Shown: positions 26,778 to 36,310 of the stretch, piece after piece | How the letters are laid out: every line of letters starts with the position of its first letter | Numbering within the stretch: the stretch's first letter is position 1 | NCBI GenBank assembly: GCA_964578625.1 | Contig: CAZODQ010000004.1 | Span: 10,389-74,388 of the forward strand | Source: an uncultured Actinomycetota bacterium | Lineage (GTDB): Bacteria; Actinomycetota; Humimicrobiia; Humimicrobiales; Humimicrobiaceae | Reading direction: 5' to 3' | DNA length: 64,000 nucleotides | Notes under the pieces: model-generated | What the model was told of the DNA's origin: nothing | The model's database searches: none | What the model saw: only the letters and a program-made list of their open reading frames with translations | Translations under genes and position numbers: made by a program

Positions 26778-27914
26778 ATGGTACCTGTATTCTTTGTAAC
26801 TGCAAGTCATATGCTTTTAGAGATGAGTAGGACTACCGGTTACGGTATTGGTGACTTAAGCTTAATTTTTACTTTTTTTAATGCTGGACTGATTGTAGGA
26901 CAGTTAACCTCTATATTCTACAATCGCAAATTTTCAAAACTTAATATAATTCTGACAGGATATGTAATTATTATTCCTTGTTTGATATTGCTAATGGTAG
27001 TTAAAGATTTATATCTTTTTTATATTCTTTATTGTCTTATTGGTTATATTGCAGGAGTGATATGGCTTCAGGCAACCAAATATATTTTGGAAAATGATAT
27101 TAAAAATAAAGACAGGTTAATTACCATATTCTTAAATTTCTATCCTATGGGACATATATCAGCTCCTTTTATTGCTTCGTATTTGATTAACAATGGTATT
27201 AACTGGAGGTATTCCTACGTTATTATGATTTTTTTAGTAATTGTTATATTTATCCTCTATTCTATTTTAAAAAGAGGTAGGGGAGCGAAGATATATTATA
27301 AAGAGGAAGAAAGACTGCAGTTTAGGAAAATTTTTTTTAACCGTAGGTTAAATATAATCTTCATTTTAGGATGTATCCCACTTACACTTTATGCTATTTC
27401 TGAAACGGTTATTTCTACCTGGGTATCCCCATTTCTGCAGAGTGTGAGATTTTTTAATATTCAGACAGCCGGTCTTACAGTTTCTATATTCTGGATAGCT
27501 ATAATTGTAGGCAGGACTATAGTAAGTATTATAGCAGGCAGGTTTAAAACAAATTATATAATCCTAGCTCTATCCGTTATTGCAATAGTCCCTGTGATTG
27601 TATTTATTTATTTAAAATCTACTTATGCTGCTATGATTACGATAGCCTTTGCAGGCCTGGGTTATTCAGGAATAATTACCCTGGGGATTTCTTCGGCGAG
27701 CACAGTTTATGAAAAAGGTAGAGGAGTCCTTGCCAGTATTGTTTTTGCGGTAGCAAATGCCGGTATTTCTGTTGCTCCTTTTATAACCAGATTTGTCTCT
27801 CAGTTTAGTATGAATTTGTCCATCGCGGTTGCTCCTATTTTTATGGCTTTACTGTCCCTATTTATAATAGGTAAGAATTTTTTTGAAAGCACTTCAGGGG
27901 AAAATCGAAATTAA
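26778..27914 (+). CDS. MFS-type transporter
   Basis: About 11 to 12 TM helices in two halves with a central charged loop. The first helix may start upstream at a non-ATG codon. Confidence 0.55.
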   Translation: MVPVFFVTASHMLLEMSRTTGYGIGDLSLIFTFFNAGLIVGQLTSIFYNRKFSKLNIILTGYVIIIPCLILLMVVKDLYLFYILYCLIGYIAGVIWLQATKYILENDIKNKDRLITIFLNFYPMGHISAPFIASYLINNGINWRYSYVIMIFLVIVIFILYSILKRGRGAKIYYKEEERLQFRKIFFNRRLNIIFILGCIPLTLYAISETVISTWVSPFLQSVRFFNIQTAGLTVSIFWIAIIVGRTIVSIIAGRFKTNYIILALSVIAIVPVIVFIYLKSTYAAMITIAFAGLGYSGIITLGISSASTVYEKGRGVLASIVFAVANAGISVAPFITRFVSQFSMNLSIAVAPIFMALLSLFIIGKNFFESTSGENRN

Positions 27915-27972
27915 AATCAAAAGATGATAACATATAGTTTGGAAAATTAATCCTATAATAACAGGAGACATT

Positions 27973-28413
27973 ATGAAAATTGAAAGTACAGCCTTTAAAA
28001 ACAATGAGTTGATTCCACAAGAATATACCTGTGATGGGAAGAATATAAACCCTCTGCTGTTGATAAGTGATGTGCCTGAAAATGCGAAGAGCCTGGTGCT
28101 TATAGTGGATGACCCTGATGCTTCAGCTGGAACCTGGGTACACTGGACGGTGTGGAATATAGATCCTGAGGTTACAGAAATACCCGAAAACAGCGTACCG
28201 GAAGGATCGGTAGAAGGAGTAACAGATTCCGGCAGGCCCGGATATTCAGGCCCCTGTCCGCCACCGGGAACACACCGCTATTTTTTCAAGCTTTTTGCGC
28301 TGGATACAACCCTGAACCTAAGTCCTTCTATAAGAGCAGTAGATATTGAAAAAGAGATGGAAGCCAGTATTCTTGCAGAGGCACAGTTGGTAGGACTGTA
28401 CAGCCGCCAGTGA
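27973..28413 (+). CDS. YbhB/YbcL family phosphatidylethanolamine-binding protein (PEBP)
   Basis: PPPGTHRYFFKLFALD signature. Confidence 0.8.
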   Translation: MKIESTAFKNNELIPQEYTCDGKNINPLLLISDVPENAKSLVLIVDDPDASAGTWVHWTVWNIDPEVTEIPENSVPEGSVEGVTDSGRPGYSGPCPPPGTHRYFFKLFALDTTLNLSPSIRAVDIEKEMEASILAEAQLVGLYSRQ

Positions 28414-28414
28414 T

Positions 28415-28978
28415 TTATAAATTTATATACTTTTTAACCAGATCAATAATCTTAGGAATCTTTTGTTTTATTCTGCCGGTTAATTTCATGGAAAAGGTAA
28501 GACCGTCATCCATACTGCCGGATATATCAATTCCAATTAAATATCCACTGATTTTTATCCTATATGCAAGATAAAATAAATTCAGGACATCAACAAGAGA
28601 GGTTTGATGAAATGAGATAAAGTCCCTGCCGGGATATTCTAAACCACCTGTATTATAAAAATCATCCAGGGGTATAACAAAAAGGTTTCCATTAGAAGAA
28701 GTATTTTTTTCCTTTTTATTGGAAGAAGTTCCTGTAGAAGTGTCTCCGGTTTTTACGGCATCTATTATTATAAATCTGCTGTTTCTATATGCTTCGAATA
28801 TAGAGAATAGTCTGAACCCCGCGGTTGAACCGTCTATCAGTATTACTTCAGGGGGAAGTTTTTCTTTTTGGAGTCTTTTTATGGTATGCACTCCGATACC
28901 TTCGTCTCCAAGCAAGATATTACCGATGCCCAGTATGACCGTTTTAATATTTTTTGGATTTTCACTATGTTTATCCAC
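28415..28978 (-). CDS. hydrogenase maturation protease (HycI/HoxM/HybD-type endopeptidase) with an S/T/N-rich insertion
   Basis: N-terminus VILGIGNILLGDEGIGVH. Last gene of the hydrogenase operon. Confidence 0.7.
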   Translation of the reverse strand: MDKHSENPKNIKTVILGIGNILLGDEGIGVHTIKRLQKEKLPPEVILIDGSTAGFRLFSIFEAYRNSRFIIIDAVKTGDTSTGTSSNKKEKNTSSNGNLFVIPLDDFYNTGGLEYPGRDFISFHQTSLVDVLNLFYLAYRIKISGYLIGIDISGSMDDGLTFSMKLTGRIKQKIPKIIDLVKKYINL

Positions 28979-29873
28979 TATCTTTGACTACTGCAGGTAT
29001 ATGTTTTTCCCACCCCAGAGCCTGAATATGCACCCCGGCACAATACGGTCTGACTTCTCTTATAAGTTTTGATGCGATCTCTATACACATGGAGACTTTA
29101 TCGGTGGTTCCTTTCATCTTTTTTATTATTGATTCAGGCACAAATACGCCGGGTACGGATTTATTCATATAATCAGCCATTCTTTCTGATTTTAAAAGAA
29201 TTATGCCTGCAAGGATCGGGATATTGATATTTTCCTTATGCATCCTCTCCATGAATCTTTTAAAAACCTCAGCATCATAGATTGCCTGCGTCTGAAAGAA
29301 CTGTGCACCCTGGTCTATTTTTTTCTTCATCTTTATTATCTGAAGCTCATAAGATGCTTCTGTGTCTGCCCCTGGATTTACTACGGCGCCCTTAAAGAAG
29401 GAAGGTTTCCGGGTAAGCTCATTTCCTGAAAGATCATATCCCTCTTCCAATCTTTTAATAGCCCACAGGAGCTGAACCGAATCCAAGTCAAATACAGGTT
29501 CGGCCTGGGGATGGTCGCCAATGGTGGTATAGTCGCCGGTAAGAGCAAGTACATTTCTTATTCCTAAGACACTGGCACTTAAGAGATCTGATTGCAGCGC
29601 CAGCCTGTTTCTATCTCTGCATGTGACCTGGAATATGGGATCCAAACCCATCTGCTTGATCAAATGGCATGTGGTAAGAGAGCCCAGTCTCATTACAGAA
29701 CTCTGAAGATCGGTGACATTTATCCCGTCTGCTACGTCTTTTAAATATTCTGCTGTTTCCTTTACCTCTTCTGCTTCTGCACCTTTGGGAGGGCCGATCT
29801 CACATGTAACTGCGAAATTTCCGCTCCCTAGAATCTTTTCAAGTTTTGATTCTTTAATTGTTTCTATAGTCAT
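28971..29873 (-). CDS. metF: 5,10-methylenetetrahydrofolate reductase MetF
   Basis: MTHFR TIM-barrel signatures (CEIGPPKG, NVLALTGD, DLDSVQLL). Overlaps metV by 4 nt. Confidence 0.8.
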   Translation of the reverse strand: MTIETIKESKLEKILGSGNFAVTCEIGPPKGAEAEEVKETAEYLKDVADGINVTDLQSSVMRLGSLTTCHLIKQMGLDPIFQVTCRDRNRLALQSDLLSASVLGIRNVLALTGDYTTIGDHPQAEPVFDLDSVQLLWAIKRLEEGYDLSGNELTRKPSFFKGAVVNPGADTEASYELQIIKMKKKIDQGAQFFQTQAIYDAEVFKRFMERMHKENINIPILAGIILLKSERMADYMNKSVPGVFVPESIIKKMKGTTDKVSMCIEIASKLIREVRPYCAGVHIQALGWEKHIPAVVKDSG

Positions 29874-30547
29874 ACCGCATCCTCCTCATCGAGTGCCCAT
29901 GATCCGGTTTTTCTTAAGACTGCCTGCGGCAATATTTTTGTATAATCCCTGGGAGGTATAAACTTTTTTAACCTGTCTAAATTTCCTGTCCTTTTCAGGT
30001 TATTATAGATCAATACCCATCCGCAATCTCTTTCCGGATCTGTTTCACATTTGTCATTACTCTGTCCCGCGCATGCTCCGTTTAACAATTTTTTAGGGCA
30101 GGCTGTATAGGGACATATTCCACCGGTATAGTCCAATATGCAGTCACTGCAGGTATCGCATCTTTCAGTACCCTGCCACATTCCGGTTATACCTCCAAAG
30201 GTAGTAGTATTTAAGGCAGGGTGGCAAATTTTATCTATAACTGCTGATACTGCCTGAACTCCAATGCCGCAAGAAAATACAAGAACAGAATCTGAATTTT
30301 TTATTTCGGAAGCCCTTGGTTTTATTCTGGAGCGGATCAGTGCTTTCTGACATAGAAAATCTATTTCCATTATATCGGTAACAATTTTTCCTCCATTTTC
30401 GAATTTTTTCTTAAAATCTGCCAGCACTTCTTTCCCTCCTGTGTCCGCACCTTCCGGACAACCGCCACAGCCTATAATAAAGATTTTTTTCTCACCTTCA
30501 AGTTTTTCAATCAGTTCCTCTAATGGTTTAAATTCTGTTAATATCAT
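29870..30547 (-). CDS. metV: MetV, MTHFR-associated Cys-rich (zinc/FeS) subunit
   Basis: C-terminal domain with CDTCSDC...GGICPYTACPKKLLNGACAGQ, an LNGxCxG motif that matches the MTHFR_C family as recalled from memory. N-terminal CGGCPEG. Confidence 0.7.
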   Translation of the reverse strand: MILTEFKPLEELIEKLEGEKKIFIIGCGGCPEGADTGGKEVLADFKKKFENGGKIVTDIMEIDFLCQKALIRSRIKPRASEIKNSDSVLVFSCGIGVQAVSAVIDKICHPALNTTTFGGITGMWQGTERCDTCSDCILDYTGGICPYTACPKKLLNGACAGQSNDKCETDPERDCGWVLIYNNLKRTGNLDRLKKFIPPRDYTKILPQAVLRKTGSWALDEEDAV

Positions 30548-30577
30548 AAAACCTCCTATAAAATTTTGCTTAAATTA

Positions 30578-32128
30578 TCAGACTACTTTGTATTTACTTA
30601 TTAAATTTTTCTTTGGTGTTACCAAATGTACTGCACAGGCAGTACATGGATCAAAGCTTCTTATGACTCTTAAAATCTCTACAGGACTTTGACTTTCTTT
30701 TACTTTAAGACCGATTAATGCCTGTTCATAAGGGCCGGGTTGTCCTTCTTTGTCCTTTGGAGATGCATTCCATGCAGTAGGAGTGATAACCTGGTAATTT
30801 GAAATCCTGCCGTTTTCTACATTCAACCAGTGCCCCAGAGCTCCTCTGGGTGCTGCACAGAGTCCAATACCTTTTCCAACGGAAGGGGGTTCGTATTCCA
30901 CTGCAGTGGGTTCTCCTATTTTAAGTTCCTGAGCCCACCCTGCCAGCTGATCCGCTATAATATTTGCCGAAAGTACCCTGGCAAGATGCCTTCCTGCTAC
31001 GGAATACATATTAGAAATATTACAACCTATTTCAGACAGTGAGCTGTCGATAATATTTTTAATATACTGGTCTTTCTTTCCAAGGTAAGTTGTAAGAACA
31101 CTTGCCAAAGGTCCGACTTCATAGACCATACTATTGTATCTGGGAGATTTTATCCATGAATATGCTTCTTTTTTGTCCGCTATAGGTTCAGTCTTTCCTT
31201 CACCCGGATACAAGGGTTCGGAATCCCTGTACCAGCTGTGGGTCAAATCTTCTGTTATATTATCTATATTGATCTTGCTGTATTTATCAATATTATTTAC
31301 AAGACCACCGATGAAAAGATTATCATTATAGCTGCCGTTGGATCTGGTTCTGTATGAATCATATGCCAGTAAATTCATGCAACCTTTTCCTATTTCAAGA
31401 TAATCATTGTAAGTTTTAGCTACTGCTATGACATCAGGCAGATAGTAATTTTTGACAAAATCTGCGATCTCTTCCAGTCTCCATATAAATCCGGTTATCC
31501 TATCGGCTGTCAGCTGCTGTGATACCCCGCCGGCTACAATAGCGGCGTCATGGGGCCACTTTCCGCCGAAAAGAGTAGCTGCCTGCTGTGCTTTCCTGTA
31601 AATATCCAGGGCCTTGATATAATGGCCTACAACCGCACTCGTAGTTTTACTGTCAAATTTATAGTCTATTTCATCTCTTGGAAGGAATGGTTTGGAATAT
31701 CCCTGCTGAAGAAAGTACTTCAATTTGTTTAAATCCTGGTTTTTACCTTTGTATTCCAGTACCTGTGCAGGGTCTACGTAATCCAGTCCGCTTAAGATAT
31801 AGAAATGCAGGATGTGGTCTGCGATACTTCTGGTACCAAGGATCAAGTTTCTTAAAAGGATTCCATTTTGGGGGATTTTATCCGTAAGACCTGCACAGTC
31901 ATCAACAGCGCTGACTGATGCTATGGCATGAGGTTCCGGGCATACTCCGCATATCCTCTGGGTAATCATAACCGCGTCTCTGGGATCTCTGCCCTTTAAC
32001 ATTATTTCTATACCCCTGAACATAGTACCGCTTATACTGGCATCTTTTACTTCGCCGTTATCAACCACGGCTTCCACTTTTAGATGGCCCTCTATCCTGG
32101 TTATAGGGTGTATTACAATTTTTTTCAC
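30578..32128 (-). CDS. [NiFe]-hydrogenase large subunit
   Basis: N-terminal RIEGH and RICGVCPEPH. C-terminal DPCTACAVH followed by a 15-aa extension for protease cleavage. Confidence 0.85.
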   Translation of the reverse strand: MKKIVIHPITRIEGHLKVEAVVDNGEVKDASISGTMFRGIEIMLKGRDPRDAVMITQRICGVCPEPHAIASVSAVDDCAGLTDKIPQNGILLRNLILGTRSIADHILHFYILSGLDYVDPAQVLEYKGKNQDLNKLKYFLQQGYSKPFLPRDEIDYKFDSKTTSAVVGHYIKALDIYRKAQQAATLFGGKWPHDAAIVAGGVSQQLTADRITGFIWRLEEIADFVKNYYLPDVIAVAKTYNDYLEIGKGCMNLLAYDSYRTRSNGSYNDNLFIGGLVNNIDKYSKINIDNITEDLTHSWYRDSEPLYPGEGKTEPIADKKEAYSWIKSPRYNSMVYEVGPLASVLTTYLGKKDQYIKNIIDSSLSEIGCNISNMYSVAGRHLARVLSANIIADQLAGWAQELKIGEPTAVEYEPPSVGKGIGLCAAPRGALGHWLNVENGRISNYQVITPTAWNASPKDKEGQPGPYEQALIGLKVKESQSPVEILRVIRSFDPCTACAVHLVTPKKNLISKYKVV

Positions 32129-32148
32129 GATTTCACCTTCCTGTATAA

Positions 32149-33039
32149 TTATTTTTTTTGGATCTTAGACTTCCTCTTATTTGCAGGAACTTCTACATCA
32201 ATTATTTTTTCATAAAAGTCTCCTAAAAAATCAGGGTATTCAGGTGATGTACAGCTACTGCAGGGGGCTCCGCTACCGATTACCCAGTTGGCTTTACTGT
32301 TCCACTGTCTTTTAGGACAGTCAGCATAAGTTATCGGCCCTTTGCACCCCAGTTCGTAAAGGCAGCCCTCATCACCTAACTTTTTGGCAAATTTACCTTC
32401 ATCAAAATAAGCTCTATTGGGGCAATTTTCATGGATAAGCTGCCCGTAAAATGTTTTAGGCCTCCTGAAGTCGTCCAGCTGGACATTTTCCAATCCCTTT
32501 ACAAGTACTTCTTCAATGGTCCCGAAAAGCCAGTCGGGATGGGGAGGACAGCCAGGTACGTTTACAAGAGGTGTTTCAATCTTATTGGTAAGAAAGATAT
32601 CTCCAACACTTTGCGCTCCGGTTGGATTCGGATTTCCGGCAGCAATTCCGCCGAATGCCGCACAGGTCCCCAGAGCTATTACCATGAGTGCATCCGGTGC
32701 AAGTTTTAGGGTTTCTTCCAGTATGGTATATTTTCTACCGTCTTTTTCACCTGTAATACAATAAATTCCGTTGTCGTTGGTAGGAATCGCACCGTCAATA
32801 ATTAAGACATATCCCTTTTCTTTTGCTGCATTTTCAAGTATTTCCATGGCGCGGTTTCCGCTTGCAGTCATGATATTCGGATGGAATATAAAGTCAAGTT
32901 TGAAACCTGGAACTATATCCTGCAGCAGTACATTTTTGATTGCCGGATAATCGGAGCACAGGGTTGATGTGACACAGCCGGTACAGTTTTGGCCCTGGAT
33001 ACTAATAACCGGTATAACAGTACTTTTTCTATTATTCAT
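32149..33039 (-). CDS. [NiFe]-hydrogenase small subunit, cytoplasmic (no Tat signal)
   Basis: VISIQGQNCTGC proximal-cluster motif at residue 10. C-terminal Cys clusters (CPKRQW...CSSCTSPEYP). No RRxF twin-arginine leader. Confidence 0.8.
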   Translation of the reverse strand: MNNRKSTVIPVISIQGQNCTGCVTSTLCSDYPAIKNVLLQDIVPGFKLDFIFHPNIMTASGNRAMEILENAAKEKGYVLIIDGAIPTNDNGIYCITGEKDGRKYTILEETLKLAPDALMVIALGTCAAFGGIAAGNPNPTGAQSVGDIFLTNKIETPLVNVPGCPPHPDWLFGTIEEVLVKGLENVQLDDFRRPKTFYGQLIHENCPNRAYFDEGKFAKKLGDEGCLYELGCKGPITYADCPKRQWNSKANWVIGSGAPCSSCTSPEYPDFLGDFYEKIIDVEVPANKRKSKIQKK

Positions 33040-33250
33040 ATCAGCTCCTTTGAATTAAAAATTTGATTATTATTTAAAGATTTAACTAGTTGATTTATTG
33101 GTAAAGAGGTGTTCTTTGAACGTCTGATGAGGTTTAAATTACCTTTGTTTTTATTATATCCTGATTTATGCATGGATTAAAAAATTTTACAAAAAATAAC
33201 CTGTTCTATTTTAATCAAAATATTATTTATTTTCAATTAAACCAAGCTAC

Positions 33251-33877
33251 TCATTTAAAAGCTTTAACAATCATACCTTTTGGAACAGCATATCCTTTAA
33301 AGGGGACTCTGAAACCTTTATAATACTCAACAGCTATATTGCTAAATCCGGATTCTTTTAATATTCTTTTCATTTCAAGAGCACTATATAAATTTAAATT
33401 CATTTTTTTGACGTCCCTGGTGTGGTCCAGCCCGTCATCTTTATTATATGCCATTTCAATTACAAGCCTGCCGCCTGGAGATAAAACCCTGTATATTTCC
33501 TTGAGTGCTGTTTTTGGATCGGGCCAGAAGAAAAAAGTTTCGATTACAACAGCTGCAGAAAATTCATTGTTCTGCCAGGGTATGGATAATACGTTTCCTT
33601 GCCTAAATTCAGCTTTACCTGATTTGATAAGATCTTTATTGATACTGCTTGCCAGATTTACCATGTCCTCTGAATAATCCAGCCCTGCTATTTTTGCAGC
33701 ATGTGAAGCATATTTTTTAATGAATATCCCGGAACCAAATCCTATTTCAAGATATTTATCGTCATGTTTGAGGTCAAGCACCTTGGCAGTATTTTTATAG
33801 AAATCACTATGACCCAATGCCATACCTTTTGCCAGTAATCTTCCAAAAAATCCTGTAGGTTTTCCAAATTGTGACAT
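33251..33877 (-). CDS. class I SAM-dependent methyltransferase
   Basis: LEIGFGSG motif I and PGGRLVI. Confidence 0.7.
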   Translation of the reverse strand: MSQFGKPTGFFGRLLAKGMALGHSDFYKNTAKVLDLKHDDKYLEIGFGSGIFIKKYASHAAKIAGLDYSEDMVNLASSINKDLIKSGKAEFRQGNVLSIPWQNNEFSAAVVIETFFFWPDPKTALKEIYRVLSPGGRLVIEMAYNKDDGLDHTRDVKKMNLNLYSALEMKRILKESGFSNIAVEYYKGFRVPFKGYAVPKGMIVKAFK

Positions 33878-34139
33878 CCTGTATTTCTCCTTAAATCATA
33901 TTGAGTTTTGTATCTCTATTCTATTTCGGAAGATTTTAGCACTAAAAATCGATTTATAAAACTATTTTATAATATTTTATTCCATTTGATTCTAACCATT
34001 AAATAAAACTGGATAATTTTTTTAGTTTATAAATTTTTTTTAGTTACTGATAAAATATAATATAAAGGGTGCAGAATTTTAAGAAAGGTAAACCGGCAGG
34101 GTATCACCGGTATATATTGTAAGATGCCTATAATTTGAA

Positions 34140-34598
34140 ATGAAGCCTAAGAAGGTAAATAAAAAATATAGATATATCGAGCATCTTTCAGATATAGGAC
34201 TGGAGTTCTACGGAGATACAATAGAGGAATTATTTGAGAATTCAGGTGCGGGTATGTTTTCTATTATATGTGATCTGGAAATGGTAAGGCCTTTGAAAAA
34301 AAGAAGTATAAGAATCAGACGGCAGGATACGGGTTTTGAGGATCTTTTGATTTTGTGGCTTGAGAAATTGATTTACTGGCATGAAGTTGACAATGTCTTA
34401 TTCTCAGCATTTAAAGTAGCCGGTATATATAAAAGGAACGGCAATATAGAGCTATCAGCTGAAGTATCCGGTGAAAAAATAGATCTTAACAGGCATGTTA
34501 TAAAAATAGCTATTAAGGCCCCGACTTACCATATGCTTAAAATAAAAAAAGACGGGAGGCACTGTAATTGGCAAGGCAGGATCATATTTGATGTCTGA
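34140..34598 (+). CDS. archease (RtcB activator)
   Basis: YRYIEHLSDIGLEFYGDTIEELFENSG archease signature. Directly upstream of rtcB. Confidence 0.85.
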   Translation: MKPKKVNKKYRYIEHLSDIGLEFYGDTIEELFENSGAGMFSIICDLEMVRPLKKRSIRIRRQDTGFEDLLILWLEKLIYWHEVDNVLFSAFKVAGIYKRNGNIELSAEVSGEKIDLNRHVIKIAIKAPTYHMLKIKKDGRHCNWQGRIIFDV

Positions 34599-34684
34599 GA
34601 AGAGAGGAGTTTATTATTTCAGATTACAATATTAAAAAATTAAATGATTATAAGTGGGAAGTAGAGAAGGATGACAGGTATGGA

Positions 34685-36067
34685 ATGAGAGTACCTGGAA
34701 TAATCTTTGCTGACAGGGAACTTTTGGATCATGCCGTAGGTGAAAAGACCATTGACCAGGTAGTAAACGTTTCGACTCTGCCTGGCATACTTAAAGCTTC
34801 GTATGCTATGCCGGATATTCATTACGGATACGGGTTTCCTATAGGAGGAGTTGCTGCTTTCAGTGAGGAAGATGGAGTAATTTCACCCGGCGGTGTTGGT
34901 TTTGATATATCCTGTGGGGTAAGGATTGTGAGGACTGGTCTATATATCAGTGATATTGAGAAGCATCTAGAGGATATAATGGGTATTTTATCCTTCAACA
35001 TACCAAAAGGACTGGGAACAAAGGGCAGGATCAGCCTGTCCAGGGACCAATTGAAGAAATTACTGAAAGAAGGTGTCCGATGGGCTATTGGGAATGGTTA
35101 CGGCCGGGAGGGAGATGATTACTGTATAGAAGAAAACGGCTGTATGGAAGGAGCCAATCCTGACTTTATAAGCAACCATGCCATAGAAAGAGGTATAAAA
35201 CAGGTGGGAACTCTTGGATCCGGGAACCATTTTTTAGAGATACAGGTTGTGGATGAAATATATGACAGCAAAGCAGCGGACCTGTTTGGTCTGGAAAAGG
35301 ATCAAATAACAGTGATGATCCATTCTGGTTCCAGAGGACTTGGCCATCAGATATGTAGTGATTATATTAAGGTAATGCAGCAGTCTACTTTAAAGTACGG
35401 GATAAAATTGGCAGACCGTCAGCTTGCCTGTGCACCTTTATCTTCCCCCGAGGGGAGAAGATACTATAGTGCTATGGCCTGTGCCGTAAATTATGCCATG
35501 ACAAACAGGCACTGCCTTTTCCATTGGGTAAGGACATCTTTTGAAAGATTTTTCGGCAAATCTTCAGAGAAATTAGGTCTCAGTGTTATTTATGATGTAT
35601 CCCATAATATAGCCAAGATGGAAGAGCATAATGTTAACGGCAAGATGATAAAAGTCTGCGTTCATAGAAAGGGTGCTACACGGTCTTATCCTCCGGGTCA
35701 TAAGGATATTTGTAAAAAATATAAAGACATCGGTCAGCCGGTAATAATCCCGGGAGATATGGGCCGTTATTCATTTATTCTGCTGGGAACAGAGAAAGCG
35801 ATGAGTGAAAGCTTCGGCTCTACCTGCCATGGCGCAGGAAGACTTATGAGCAGGACAAAAGCTAAGAAAATAATACAGGGAAGCGAACTTAAAAAGGAGC
35901 TTTTTGATAAGAAAGGAATAGTAGTAATAGCCGGGAGTATGTCCGGACTTGCAGAAGAAGCTCCTCAGGCCTATAAAGATGTAAGCAGGGTAGTCGATAT
36001 AACTCACTTTGCAGGGATATCTAAAAAAGCAGTAAGGCTGAGGCCGCTTGGAGTCCTTAAGGGATAA
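34685..36067 (+). CDS. rtcB: RNA-splicing ligase RtcB (coordinates from first ATG; N-terminus probably extends upstream, see findings)
   Basis: GSGNHF, Cys/His metal ligands, CHGAGR, and C-terminal AYKD..VV. Confidence 0.85.
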   Translation: MRVPGIIFADRELLDHAVGEKTIDQVVNVSTLPGILKASYAMPDIHYGYGFPIGGVAAFSEEDGVISPGGVGFDISCGVRIVRTGLYISDIEKHLEDIMGILSFNIPKGLGTKGRISLSRDQLKKLLKEGVRWAIGNGYGREGDDYCIEENGCMEGANPDFISNHAIERGIKQVGTLGSGNHFLEIQVVDEIYDSKAADLFGLEKDQITVMIHSGSRGLGHQICSDYIKVMQQSTLKYGIKLADRQLACAPLSSPEGRRYYSAMACAVNYAMTNRHCLFHWVRTSFERFFGKSSEKLGLSVIYDVSHNIAKMEEHNVNGKMIKVCVHRKGATRSYPPGHKDICKKYKDIGQPVIIPGDMGRYSFILLGTEKAMSESFGSTCHGAGRLMSRTKAKKIIQGSELKKELFDKKGIVVIAGSMSGLAEEAPQAYKDVSRVVDITHFAGISKKAVRLRPLGVLKG

Positions 36068-36310
36068 CCAATGCATACTTTTATGGATTTATAATTTAAA
36101 AAGAACTTTATATTTCACATAAAAGTAATAAAATTAATAACATTATTCTTTTATTTAGTAAACTTTAACAGAGATAGAGAATCCTTACCCTTTGGAGATT
36201 TTGATTAGTATTTTGGGAAAATAAAACTTTGACTGTTATAACTCTAATACAGTTTTAGAAAATAGATGAGTTTGAAATATTAAAATTAAGACAAAGGAGT
36301 TAAGATTAAT

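Noticed and set aside
30578-32128. Selenocysteine-containing (NiFeSe) hydrogenase
   Set aside because: There is no in-frame TGA. The C-terminal nickel ligands are DPCTACAVH with ordinary Cys codons.
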